Shown here: piece by piece, positions 10,862 to 21,871 of the stretch
Numbering within the stretch: the first letter of the stretch is position 1
How the letters are laid out: the number at the start of each line of letters is the position of its first letter
Assembly: GCA_963776345.1 (NCBI GenBank)
Contig: CAVZMH010000016.1
Coordinates: 608,001 to 672,000, forward strand
Direction: 5' to 3'
Source: an uncultured delta proteobacterium
GTDB lineage: Bacteria; Myxococcota; Myxococcia; Myxococcales; Myxococcaceae
Length of the DNA stretch: 64,000 bases
Made by a program: the position numbers and the translations under genes
The notes under the pieces: model-generated
What the model saw: the letters and a program-made list of their open reading frames with translations, nothing else
Told to the model about the DNA's origin: nothing
Database searches by the model: none

Positions 10862-13338
10862 GCGGCGGTGGACGGCGCCACCGGCCCGCCCTCGTCCACC
10901 GAACGCGTGTAGTCGCACTCCTTGTTGGGGCAGACGATGCGCGCGCCGTCGCGCTTGCTGTACTTCTGCAGCAGGTATGGCGAGGCGCACTTCGGGCAGG
11001 CCTCGGGCAGCGGCCGGTCCCAGGCGGCGAAGGTGCAGTCGGGGTACCGGTTGCACCCGAAGAACACCTTGCCCCTCCGGCTGCGGCGCTCGGTGAGGTA
11101 GCCCACCTTGCACGTGGGACAGGCGACGCCGATCGACAAGGGCTTGCTGGTCTTGCACTCCGGGTAGCCCGAGCAGGCCATGAAGCGCCCGAACCGGCCG
11201 CGCTTGATGACCATCGGCCGGCCGCACTTCTCGCAGGTCTCCGAGGTGGGCTCCTCCTCCACCGGGACGACCTTCCCGTCGACCTCCTTGAAGTCCTTGG
11301 TGTTCTTGCACTCGGGGTAGCCGCTGCACGCCAGGAAGCGGCCCATCTTTCCCCACTTGATGGCCATCATCTTCCCGCACTTCTCGCAGTTGACGTCCGT
11401 CGGGATCTCCTCCCGCTTGACGTCGCGCATCTCCTGCTCGGCCTTGGCCAGCGTGACCTGGAATGGCCCGTAGAAGTCGCGGAGCACGCGCCGCCAGTCC
11501 GCGTCGCCCTCGGAGATCAGGTCCAGCTGCTCCTCCATGCTCGCGGTGAACGCCGCGTCCATCTCGTGGGGGAAGTGCTTCACCAGCTCCTCGGTGGTGA
11601 TGTTCCCCAGCTCGGTGGGATGGAACCGCCCCTCGAGCTTCTCCACGTACTTCTTGTCCTGGATGACCGAGAGGATGGCGGCGTAGGTCGACGGCCGGCC
11701 GATGCCCCGCTCCTCAAGCTCCTTCACCAGCGAGGCCTCGGTGAACCGCGGGGGGGGCTGGGTGAAGTGCTGCTCGGACAGGAGGCCCTGGCCGACGAGC
11801 TTCAGTCGATCGCCCTCGGCGAGCTCGGGCAGCTGCACGTTGCCCTCGTCAGAGCGCGCCTCCTCTCCGGACTTCTGCTGCTCCGACTCCTCGTCGGTGG
11901 TGGGCGCCATGCCGTACACCGCCAGGTAGCCGGCGAACTTGAGGATGGAGCCGGCGGCCCGGAACGTGGCCCGGCCGGCGGCGACGTCCACCGTTGTCTG
12001 GTCGTAGACCGCGGGCTTCATTTGGCAGGCCACGAAGCGGTTCCAGATGAGCTCGTAGAGCCGCGCCATGTCCGGCTCGAGGAAGGGCCTCACCCGCTCG
12101 GGCGTCCACTCCATCGACACCGGGCGGATGGCCTCGTGCGCGTCCTGCGCGCTCTTGCGGCTCTTGTAGACCACCGGCTCGTCGGGGAGCACCTCCTTCC
12201 CGTAGGTGTCGGCGATGTACCCGCGGGCGGCCTTCACCGCGTCGTCCGAGAGGCGCACCGAGTCGGTGCGCATGTAGGTGATGAGGGCGGTCTGCCCCTC
12301 GTCGCCGAGCTCCACACCCTCGTAGAGCCGCTGGGAGAGGGTCATGGTCTTCCTGGCGGTGAAGTGCAGCCGGTTCGCGGCCTCCTGCTGGAGCTTGCTG
12401 GTGATGAAGGGCGCCGGGGCATTGCGCCGGCGCTCCCGTCGCTCCACCGTGGCGACGCGATAGTCGGCCTTGCGCAGCTCCTCGAGCAGCGCATCCGCGG
12501 TCGCCCGGTCCGGGACCTCGGCCTTCGTCCCGTCCAGCTTCGCCAGGCGCGCGCGGAACGACGGCGGCACCTTGCCCTCGAGCTCGGCCTCCAGCGTCCA
12601 GTACTCCACCGGGACGAAGGCCTTGATCTCCCGCTCCCGCTCCACGACCAGCCGGACGGCGACGGACTGCACGCGCCCCGCGGAGAGGCCGCGCCGCACC
12701 TTCTTCCAGAGCAGCGGACTGATCTGGTAGCCCACCAGCCGGTCGAGGATGCGCCGCGTCTGCTGCGAGTCGTACTTCGCCTGATCCAGGGCGCGCGGGT
12801 GGGTGATCGCCTCCTGGATGGCCTTCTTGGTGATCTCGTTGAACAGCACCCGCACCGCGTTGGGGTGGCGGAGCTCCTCGTTCAGGTGCCAGGCGATGGC
12901 CTCGCCCTCACGATCGGGGTCGGTCGCCAGGAACACCTGCTCGGCGCCCACCGCCGCCTTCTTCAGCTCCCCCAGCGCCTTCTCCTTGCTCGGGATGACC
13001 TGGTACTCGGGCGTGAAGTCGTGCTCCACGTCGATGCCCATCTTGCTCTTGGGCAGGTCCTTCACGTGGCCCACCGACGCCTTCACCACGTAGCCCGAGC
13101 CCAGGTACTTCTTGATGGTCTTCGCCTTGGCCGGCGACTCGACCACCACCAGGTAGCGCGCCCCCCGGCGCGGCGCGGGGGAGCTGGCGGCGTGCACCAC
13201 CGCCAGGGTCCGCTTCTTCGCCGCGGAGGCGCCCTTCCTGGCCTTCACCGCCGGGGCGCTCTTCCTGGCCGCGGGCTTCTTGCCCTTCCCGGCCGGGGTC
13301 GCCCCCGCGTCGACCTTCTTGGTCCGTGTCGTCGGCAT
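10858..13338 (-). CDS. topA: DNA topoisomerase I
   Basis: VVVESPAKAKTI, ATDPDREGEAI, SAGRVQS, ITYMRTDS, GIGRPSTY, C-terminal Zn ribbons; start set to ATG 13338. Confidence 0.97.
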   Translation of the reverse strand: MPTTRTKKVDAGATPAGKGKKPAARKSAPAVKARKGASAAKKRTLAVVHAASSPAPRRGARYLVVVESPAKAKTIKKYLGSGYVVKASVGHVKDLPKSKMGIDVEHDFTPEYQVIPSKEKALGELKKAAVGAEQVFLATDPDREGEAIAWHLNEELRHPNAVRVLFNEITKKAIQEAITHPRALDQAKYDSQQTRRILDRLVGYQISPLLWKKVRRGLSAGRVQSVAVRLVVEREREIKAFVPVEYWTLEAELEGKVPPSFRARLAKLDGTKAEVPDRATADALLEELRKADYRVATVERRERRRNAPAPFITSKLQQEAANRLHFTARKTMTLSQRLYEGVELGDEGQTALITYMRTDSVRLSDDAVKAARGYIADTYGKEVLPDEPVVYKSRKSAQDAHEAIRPVSMEWTPERVRPFLEPDMARLYELIWNRFVACQMKPAVYDQTTVDVAAGRATFRAAGSILKFAGYLAVYGMAPTTDEESEQQKSGEEARSDEGNVQLPELAEGDRLKLVGQGLLSEQHFTQPPPRFTEASLVKELEERGIGRPSTYAAILSVIQDKKYVEKLEGRFHPTELGNITTEELVKHFPHEMDAAFTASMEEQLDLISEGDADWRRVLRDFYGPFQVTLAKAEQEMRDVKREEIPTDVNCEKCGKMMAIKWGKMGRFLACSGYPECKNTKDFKEVDGKVVPVEEEPTSETCEKCGRPMVIKRGRFGRFMACSGYPECKTSKPLSIGVACPTCKVGYLTERRSRRGKVFFGCNRYPDCTFAAWDRPLPEACPKCASPYLLQKYSKRDGARIVCPNKECDYTRSVDEGGPVAPSTAA

Positions 13339-13346
13339 CGTCGTCC

Positions 13347-14459
13347 TCACACCCGTTGGTACCTTCTCCCCGGGACTTGCAGCACCAGGCCCAGGAGCTC
13401 CAGCTCGCACAGCGCGCTCACCGCCCCGCCCGGATCCAGCCCCGAGCGCTCCTCCAACTCCTCCACCGGACGCGCCTCCCGCCCGACCAGGGCATAGACG
13501 CGCCGCGCGGCGTCCGACATTCCCGGCATCGGCCCCGGTCCGGGCTCGGTCGGGGGGGCCCCGTCGAGCCCCACCGCCCGGAGCGCGTCGCGAGGCCCGG
13601 TGCACAGCTGGGCCAGGCCCCGCGCCACGAGCAGGTTGCAGCCCTTGGCCGCCTCGGCCCAGAGCTCGCCCGGGCAGGCGAAGATCGGCCGGCCCTGGAC
13701 GCGCGCCGCCGCGACCGTGTGCATGGCGCCGCTCTTCTCCCCCGCCCGCAGGACCAGGACCGCGTCCGATGCACCGGAGATGAGCCGGTTTCGGCGGGGA
13801 AACGTCTGCTTGCTCGCCCGGATTCCCGGGGGAAGCTCGCTGAACACCGCGCCGCCTCCGTCGAGGATGGCCGACACCAGCCGCGCCTGGGCCGCGTCCA
13901 CCGCGTCCAGCGCCGACCCGAGGAAGGCCCAGGTCTCGCCGCCGACGTCCAGCGCGCCGAGGTGACACGCCCGGTCCACGCCCGCCGCCGCACCGGAGAC
14001 GACGCCCGCCCCACCACCGGCCACTGCCGCGGCGAATGCCCGCGCGTGCCGGAGGAAGCCCTGCTCCGGGTGCCGGGTCCCGACCAGCGCGAGCCGCCGC
14101 CGGGGCCGCGACGCCGTGCCCCGCATGAAGAGGACCGGGGGCGCGTCGCGCACCTCGGCGAGCCGCTCGGGGTAGCCGAGGTCGCCCGGGTGGACGACCT
14201 CCATCCGGCCCCGCGCCGCCCGCTCGCGCACCTCGTCGGCCACTGCCCGGAGCGAGCCCGCCGCCCGGAGCCGCGCCCGCACCAGGTCGCTCGCCGGCAG
14301 TCCGTCCACCCAGTCCCGGGCGGGGATGTCGAGGAGGTCGGCCCAGCGCCCGGCGGCCCACCGGCGCATCCCGCCGATGCCGATGCTCCCGATGCCGGGG
14401 ACGGCCCAGAGGGCGAGGAGCGCATCACGTTCGGCGCTGGGGAGCGGACGGGTGTCCAT
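13347..14459 (-). CDS. dprA: DNA processing protein DprA/Smf
   Basis: ALVGTR, VVSGAAAGVD, FPRRNRLISG, KSGAMHT, C-terminal winged helix; next to topA. Confidence 0.92.
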   Translation of the reverse strand: MDTRPLPSAERDALLALWAVPGIGSIGIGGMRRWAAGRWADLLDIPARDWVDGLPASDLVRARLRAAGSLRAVADEVRERAARGRMEVVHPGDLGYPERLAEVRDAPPVLFMRGTASRPRRRLALVGTRHPEQGFLRHARAFAAAVAGGGAGVVSGAAAGVDRACHLGALDVGGETWAFLGSALDAVDAAQARLVSAILDGGGAVFSELPPGIRASKQTFPRRNRLISGASDAVLVLRAGEKSGAMHTVAAARVQGRPIFACPGELWAEAAKGCNLLVARGLAQLCTGPRDALRAVGLDGAPPTEPGPGPMPGMSDAARRVYALVGREARPVEELEERSGLDPGGAVSALCELELLGLVLQVPGRRYQRV

Positions 14460-14595
14460 CGGGGCACGCCCCTGCCAGACCCGGGCCACCTATATAGAAG
14501 TGGACGGGCCGACCGGAGCGGGCGGCGAGACATAAGCGCCCGTTCCCACCGGGTCAAGCGACGGCCCCGCGAACGCCCCGGCCCGGCGCCGGATT

Positions 14596-15765
14596 TTACT
14601 TCGCGATTCCGGCAGTTTGCGCGCCGCCGGCGCGCAGCTCGACCCGGTCGCCCCGGACGACCTCGCGGAGCGAGCGGACCAGCAGGCAGGTGGTGACGGC
14701 CTCCCGGACGTCCACCGCCATGCACCGTCCGACGTCCTCCACCGGCAGGGAGGTGTCCTGGTTCGCACTCGGATCGACCCCCACGCCGGACAGGATGGGG
14801 TCCCCCTGCCGGATGATGGTGAAGACGTTCCCGACCTGGACCCCCTGCGCGCTGCCGGCGTCCACCAGCACGCGGGAGTGCTCCCCGGTGATGGTGACGT
14901 TGGTGTTCAGGATCGCCACCACCGTCAGGTTCTGTAGCGCGGTCGCGTTGGGGACCGGGGCGACCGTCTCGAACAGTCGCTCGCGGGCAGGACCGATGCG
15001 GGCGCCCCGGCCGATCTCGTCGAACGACTTCTCGAGGGTGGCCCGCACCTTGGGCTCGCTGGTCCGGTTCACCTTCAGCGTGCCGAGCACCTGGGTCTGG
15101 TAGCCGAGGAACTTGCCGTTCTTCGGGTGATAGATGCGGTCAGCGGTGCGGAACACCAGGTAGCTCGCCCCCACCTGGACCGCGCTCCTGTCCTTGAAAT
15201 CCAGGTAGACCACGTCCGGCGGCGAGAGCATCTCCGACTCGGCGTAGCTCGCGACCAGCGTGCCCGCGGCCTCGACCTCCTTCGGGGTCACGAAGCCGTC
15301 GCGGAGGACGATCTCCTTGGTCTTCACCTCGACCGGGAGCCGGACCATCTGCACCTCTTCGTCGCTGGCGATGACCTCCCCCGCCTGCAGCTCATCCTCG
15401 TCGCCCGTCACCTGCTCGGCCCTGGCCGGCGTCTCCTCTCCGTTGCCGGGGAAGAAGCGCACCTGGTTGCCAGGGTAGATCCAGTGCGGGTTGGCGATCT
15501 GCGGGTTGTAGGACCAGACCTTCGGCCAGTACCAGGGGGTGCCGAGGTACTTGCTCGAGAGGTCCCAGAGGGTGTCGCCCTTCTCGACGGTGTGCACCTG
15601 GCTGGGCGCCTGCTCCTGCCCGGCCGGCGCGGTGCGCACCTGCCCCTGCTCGGGCGCCGGCGGCTGCTTCACCTCGGTGCCCTCGACCTCGGAGCCTCCC
15701 CCCGCGGGCGCCTGGGCCCGGGCGACGGACGCGGCGAGGCACAGCATCAGGAACGACGCTCTCAT
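14596..15765 (-). CDS. Secreted LysM peptidoglycan-binding protein
   Basis: Signal peptide; HTVEKGDTLWDLS...YWPKVWSYNPQIANPHWIYPG. Confidence 0.88.
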   Translation of the reverse strand: MRASFLMLCLAASVARAQAPAGGGSEVEGTEVKQPPAPEQGQVRTAPAGQEQAPSQVHTVEKGDTLWDLSSKYLGTPWYWPKVWSYNPQIANPHWIYPGNQVRFFPGNGEETPARAEQVTGDEDELQAGEVIASDEEVQMVRLPVEVKTKEIVLRDGFVTPKEVEAAGTLVASYAESEMLSPPDVVYLDFKDRSAVQVGASYLVFRTADRIYHPKNGKFLGYQTQVLGTLKVNRTSEPKVRATLEKSFDEIGRGARIGPARERLFETVAPVPNATALQNLTVVAILNTNVTITGEHSRVLVDAGSAQGVQVGNVFTIIRQGDPILSGVGVDPSANQDTSLPVEDVGRCMAVDVREAVTTCLLVRSLREVVRGDRVELRAGGAQTAGIAK

Positions 15766-16544
15766 CAGTGGGTCCTCGGAATGCGGGCCAGGCGCGCCTC
15801 GGCCTCGGTGGCCGCCGGCGTCCCGGGAAAGGAGGTCACCAGGCGCGCGAGCAGGGCGCGCGCCTCGGCGGGCTGCTTGAGGCGCACCTGGCACTCGGCG
15901 AGCTTGAGCATCGCCTGCTGCACCACGTCGCCGGCCGGGTAGCGCTGGAGCACCGTCTCCAGCAGCTTGGCCGCGCGGGCCGGCTCGTCCTGGCCCAGCT
16001 CCCCCAGCGCGGCGAGGTACAGCGCGTCGTCGGCGCGCGGGTCTTTCGGGTGGGCCTCGGCGAAGCGCTGCATCCGCTCCACGCCGCCCCCGAGGTTGCC
16101 GGTGCGCAGCGCCTCCTGGGCCTGGGCGAACTCGCCGTCGAGCTGGGTCGCGTCGGGCGCCTCGCTGGCGGGCGCTCCGGACCGCGAGAGCGCGGCCACC
16201 AGCTCGGCGTCGGGCTCCTGGACTGGGGTGCGGACGTCGATCGCCGGGGCGCGATCGGCGCGCGGCTTGAGCTTCACCACCGCCAGCGAGGGCACCTCGG
16301 CGCCGGTGGGCGTGGACGGCGCCGTGGCCAGAAGCGACCCCATCGTCGGCGGGGCGGCGCGCGCCGCGGCGCGGTCCGTCTCCAGCGCCTCCACGCGCGC
16401 GAGCAGGCGGACGTTCGAATCTTGAAGCTGCTTGACCGAGGCCTGCAGCGTCCGCACCTCGCTCCTGCTCGACGCGTCCGAGGCACAGCCCACCGCGCAG
16501 GGGAGCAGGAGCGTCAGGACGTACGGGGGGTGGACACGGGGCAC
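15765..16544 (-). CDS. TPR lipoprotein, CpoB/YbgF-like
   Basis: Lipobox AVGC, N-terminal coiled coil, TPRs (ADDALY, VLQRYPAGD, AMLKLAEC); start uncertain (ORF extends to 16598). Confidence 0.7.
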   Translation of the reverse strand: MPRVHPPYVLTLLLPCAVGCASDASSRSEVRTLQASVKQLQDSNVRLLARVEALETDRAAARAAPPTMGSLLATAPSTPTGAEVPSLAVVKLKPRADRAPAIDVRTPVQEPDAELVAALSRSGAPASEAPDATQLDGEFAQAQEALRTGNLGGGVERMQRFAEAHPKDPRADDALYLAALGELGQDEPARAAKLLETVLQRYPAGDVVQQAMLKLAECQVRLKQPAEARALLARLVTSFPGTPAATEAEARLARIPRTH

Positions 16545-16594
16545 GGGAACACGCCGGATTCCGGCGCAAGTGTACGGACCGGCTTCCAGGGGGG

Positions 16595-17338
16595 TCAAGA
16601 AACGCGGCCGGGCGCGATGAAGGCCAGGTGGCGCCCCGTCCCACCCCGGTCCCTGCGGTGCGAGAAGAAGCGCGCCGGGTCGCAGGCGTTGCAGCCGGGA
16701 ACGTCCTCGATGGAGGCCTCGGGCACGCCGGCCTCGCGCAGCGTCCGCCGGACGGCGAGCCGGAGGTCGAGGCGCGGACCGGGGCCGTCACGGCGCACCA
16801 CCTCCGCCCCGAAGGCGTCGACGAAGCGCTGCGCCAGGTCCTCGCCCACCCTGTAGCAGCAGGCGCCGATGGCCGGGCCGATCGCCGCGCGCAGCGTCCC
16901 GGGCGGAGCTCCCTCCCGGGCGAGCGCCGCCACCGCGGCCTCACCGATCCGGGCCACGGTCCCCCGCCAGCCGGAGTGCACCGCGGCCACCCGGGCACCG
17001 TCCTCGCTGCAGAGGAGCACCGGCACGCAGTCCGCGGTGCGGATGCCGATCCAGGCGTCCGGGGCGTCGGTCCACAACGCGTCGGCCTCGGGCACGGCGC
17101 CCGGGCGTGCGCGCACCACCGTGGTGCCGTGGACCTGCTCGGCGAGGGCCAGGCGCTCCGGAGCGAGGCCCGCGGCCCGCGCCAGCCTCGCCCGGTTCTC
17201 GTGCACGTCCTGGCCGGCGTCCGACGCGGGGCCGAGATCGAGCGAGGCGCGCTTGCCCTCGCTCACCCCGCCCGAGCGCAGGGTGAAGCCGTGGCGCACG
17301 GGGAGGCTCCGGGCGACGAGGAAGAGCGCGCTGTCCAC
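16595..17338 (-). CDS. pgeF: PgeF/YfiH-family protein (purine nucleoside phosphorylase/laccase-like)
   Basis: HGFTLRSGG, QVHG, TADCVPVLL, AVHSGWRGT, GPAIGACCY, FFSHRRD. Confidence 0.92.
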   Translation of the reverse strand: MDSALFLVARSLPVRHGFTLRSGGVSEGKRASLDLGPASDAGQDVHENRARLARAAGLAPERLALAEQVHGTTVVRARPGAVPEADALWTDAPDAWIGIRTADCVPVLLCSEDGARVAAVHSGWRGTVARIGEAAVAALAREGAPPGTLRAAIGPAIGACCYRVGEDLAQRFVDAFGAEVVRRDGPGPRLDLRLAVRRTLREAGVPEASIEDVPGCNACDPARFFSHRRDRGGTGRHLAFIAPGRVS

Positions 17339-17369
17339 AGCCCGCCGAGCCTACCCCGGGACGGCCAAC

Positions 17370-18833
<1,464 letters not shown>

Positions 18834-18951
18834 GTCGGGACCCAAGGTAAAGGGCGCCGGCGCCGGCGCAAGGGGGACTGCATGATCTGGGCCCGGTTTG
18901 AACAGCCCGGGCCCGCCGGTTCTTCCCCCGGACTGTCGGGCCGGGGGTGGC

Positions 18952-20532
18952 TCACGCCCGGAACGGCTCCAGGATCAGGTCGGGAAAGAGGTTGTCCCGC
19001 TGCTCGAGCGCCTGCAGCCGCAGCGGATCCACCGCCCCGGCCCTCACCGAGCGGACGAGCTCCAGGAACGACGCGAGGTGGGACTGCACCCGGGCGCGCG
19101 CGTACGCGGTGACCGTCCCGCTCCGGAGGATGAAGGCGAAGTCCGAGGACTGCGCGAGCAGGAGCTCCCGGAAGGCCTGCACCAGCGCGCGGCCCTCGAC
19201 CCCTCCCGTGCGCGGTAGCCGGGCGAAGGGGGCCAGCATCTGTGCGCAGCCGTACAGCGCCTGGGGGATCCAGTCGTTCACCGGGTCGAGCCACATCGAG
19301 GCATGCCCGTGCTCGCCCCAGCTGCTCTCCACCGGGGAGACCACCTGCGCCTCGGGCCAGGCCTGGAGGTCGTCCGCTGGCGTCACCACCGCCAGCCCCG
19401 CCGCCGCGGCCTCGCGGAACAGCGCCTCGAGGAACACCGGGCCCTCGAACCACCAGTGCCCGAAGAGCTCGGCGTCGTACGGAGCGACGACCAGCGGGTC
19501 ACGCTCCATCCGACCGACCAGTGCCCCGGTCCGCTCCTGGACGCGGGCCACGAAGTGGCGGGCGTGCTCGCGCGCCCGGGCCAGCGCCGACTCCGGCTCC
19601 CAGAGGGCCTTCGCCGCCCCGCGCCCGGTGATGCGGTGGTACTTGAAGCCGGTGGCCCGCCGCGGCCTCCCCGGCCCCACCACCGGAGCGAGCGCGTCCT
19701 CGGGGAGGTCCCACCCGATGTCGCGGTAGAAGTCCCGGTAGACCGGGTCCGCCGGGTAGCCCACATCGGCGCTCCACACCTGCTCCGAGGCCTCGGGGTC
19801 CCGGGCGTACACCGCGACACCCGCCTCGGTGAACACCGGGGCGTGCACCGAGAGGAGCGGCCGCGGCTCGGCGTCGGCGAGCCCGTGCGCGTCGAGGAAG
19901 GTGAAGCGCAGCCCCTCGTCCGCGAGCACCCGCTCGAGCCCCGGGTAGTAACCGCACTCGGGAAGCCAGAAGCCCGCGGCCCTCCGCCCGAGGGCCCGGA
20001 CGTGCTCGGCCGCGCCCACCGACACCTGCGCCCGGACGGCCTGCGGCGACGGGCGGAGCAGAGGAAGGAACCCGTGCGTCGCGCCGGAGGCGACCAGCTC
20101 CACCAGCCCGCGGTCGCGGAGCGCGGCGAACGCGGGCACCAGCGCGCCCCGGTAGCGATCGGTCCACAGCCACCCGAGCCGCTCCAGGCGGGCCTGGTAG
20201 AAGCGCGCCACCGCCTGGAGCCCGGCGTCGCCTGCGGTCCTCTGCACCTCGCGCTCGGCCAGCGCCTGCTGCCGCTCGATGCGCCGGCCGATGCGCGAGC
20301 GGAGCAGCGGGTCCTCCAGCATCGCCACCAAGGTGGGGGTCAGCGAGAGCGTGAGGCGCACCGGCACGCCGTCGTCCCCGAGGCGCTCCAGGAGCTCGAG
20401 CAGCGGGAGGTAGCACTCGAGCACCGCCTCGCGGAGCCACTCCTCCTCGAGGTGGTCCTCGTCGTCCGGGTGCCGGACGTACGGGAGGTGGGCGTGGAGC
20501 ACGAGCAGCAGCGCGCCCCGCGGCCGCCGCAT
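18952..20532 (-). CDS. GH57 glycoside hydrolase, 1,4-alpha-glucan branching enzyme type
   Basis: HAHLPYV, GFWLPECGY (nucleophile), PYDAELFGHWWFEG (acid/base), AQSSD; start set to ATG 20532. Confidence 0.88.
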   Translation of the reverse strand: MRRPRGALLLVLHAHLPYVRHPDDEDHLEEEWLREAVLECYLPLLELLERLGDDGVPVRLTLSLTPTLVAMLEDPLLRSRIGRRIERQQALAEREVQRTAGDAGLQAVARFYQARLERLGWLWTDRYRGALVPAFAALRDRGLVELVASGATHGFLPLLRPSPQAVRAQVSVGAAEHVRALGRRAAGFWLPECGYYPGLERVLADEGLRFTFLDAHGLADAEPRPLLSVHAPVFTEAGVAVYARDPEASEQVWSADVGYPADPVYRDFYRDIGWDLPEDALAPVVGPGRPRRATGFKYHRITGRGAAKALWEPESALARAREHARHFVARVQERTGALVGRMERDPLVVAPYDAELFGHWWFEGPVFLEALFREAAAAGLAVVTPADDLQAWPEAQVVSPVESSWGEHGHASMWLDPVNDWIPQALYGCAQMLAPFARLPRTGGVEGRALVQAFRELLLAQSSDFAFILRSGTVTAYARARVQSHLASFLELVRSVRAGAVDPLRLQALEQRDNLFPDLILEPFRA

Positions 20533-20543
20533 CCTCCCGGCCC

Positions 20544-21767
20544 TCAGGCCCGCCCGGAGCGAGGTCCGCCGGACGGCCCGGCGCCGCCCTCTGGACCGCG
20601 CGCCCCGGGGCTGGTCGGCAGCGGGACCCGGCGCGGAGAGTCGAGCGGCTCGTGCCGCGCCGCCCCGGGCATCCCCGGCGAGGGCGCCTCGGCCAGCGGC
20701 ACCGACCACGGCAGCCGGAGCGTCCGCACCTCGAGCTGCGCCGAGACACGGCCCGGCGGAAGGCGGCGCAGACCGCTCCGCGAGCCCACGGGCCGGGTCC
20801 ACCCGTCGCGTCCGAGCAGGAGCACCTCGGCGGTGTACTCCTCTCCGGCGGCGAGGCCGGTGACGTAGGTGCTCCGCGCGCCGAGCGACAGCTCCAGGCT
20901 CCGCTCGAGCTCGTCGCCCCGGTGGATGCGGAGGAGCAGCCTCGGCTCGCGGAGCCCCAGCGCCGCGCCGCGCTCGAGCTCGCGGCGGAAGTCCCAGAAG
21001 ACGAAGAGGGTGGTGGGGTCTCGCACCAGGAGCAACGGCGCGTCGGTGCCCACCTCGCGCGGCGAGGCGAACGCCTCGGCATCGAGGGGCTCGGCCGGCG
21101 ACGGCACGCGGCGCGGGCGGCGCGGCGCCGCGGGCGCCTCGAAGAAGGCCTCCTCGACCGGAGCCTCAGCCGGCACGGGCTCGGCCCGCTCGGCGACGGC
21201 CCCGGACCCCCGGGACGGCCGCGCGCGCTCGGGCGGCGCCGGCCGCGGTCGGCGATCGGGCGTCCGCCCCACCTGACCGGCCCGGCCCGCGGCGGCGTGG
21301 CTGGCCAGCGCGCCCCTCGCTCCGCCCACGGGCACCTGCTCCTTCTCCTTCGAGCCGGTCCTGGCGCTGCGCTCGCTCTCACCTGCGGCGCGCCCGGCGG
21401 CGCGCGGCTCCGTCCGACGCTCCCCCGGCGCGCCGGGGGCGGCCCGCGGCTCCGAGCGCATCGGCGATGCGGGCACGGCTGGCCCGGTCGCCGCGGGTGG
21501 CGCGGCGGCGCGCCCCTTCTCCGCTGCTGTGGGCTCGCCGCGCACCCGTCCACGGCGACCGGGTGGGAAGTCCACCACGCGGACCGGGGCCCCGGGCCGG
21601 ACGACGGACGCGGCGCTGGCGCGCAGGCGCGAGGGCGGCGCGGGAACCACGTCCTTCAGGGCCTCCAGCAGCTGGGCCCGGGTTCGGAGTCGGCTATGAC
21701 CCTTGCCCAGGTGCTTCCGCGCGAGCCCCCGGAGCTGCTCCACGCTGAGCTTCTTCAAGTCGTCCAT
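20544..21767 (-). CDS. DUF4912-type protein with Rho-N-like N-terminus and long Pro/Ala/Arg linker
   Basis: LKKLSVEQLRGLARKHL...LLEAL; LLVRDPTTLFVFWDF; sits before GH57. Confidence 0.7.
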   Translation of the reverse strand: MDDLKKLSVEQLRGLARKHLGKGHSRLRTRAQLLEALKDVVPAPPSRLRASAASVVRPGAPVRVVDFPPGRRGRVRGEPTAAEKGRAAAPPAATGPAVPASPMRSEPRAAPGAPGERRTEPRAAGRAAGESERSARTGSKEKEQVPVGGARGALASHAAAGRAGQVGRTPDRRPRPAPPERARPSRGSGAVAERAEPVPAEAPVEEAFFEAPAAPRRPRRVPSPAEPLDAEAFASPREVGTDAPLLLVRDPTTLFVFWDFRRELERGAALGLREPRLLLRIHRGDELERSLELSLGARSTYVTGLAAGEEYTAEVLLLGRDGWTRPVGSRSGLRRLPPGRVSAQLEVRTLRLPWSVPLAEAPSPGMPGAARHEPLDSPRRVPLPTSPGARGPEGGAGPSGGPRSGRA

Positions 21768-21871
21768 CACCCTTCCGAAGGAACGCTCCCACCCGCCTGG
21801 ACAGCCGCTTACGCGTCGGCGCCGCCTCCGGTCAACGTCCGTCCGGACATGTGTCATCCTCGCCCGCGCTC

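Noticed and set aside
10417..13497. 1026-aa plus-strand ORF and other long antisense ORFs (e.g. 22930-25956, 27264-30797, 47672-50422)
   Set aside because: Shadow frames of real genes in high-GC DNA; no recognisable motifs
14473..14488. Sigma54-like motif TGGCCCG-N4-TGGCA upstream of dprA
   Set aside because: Two mismatches, very close to the start codon, and easily found by chance at this GC content
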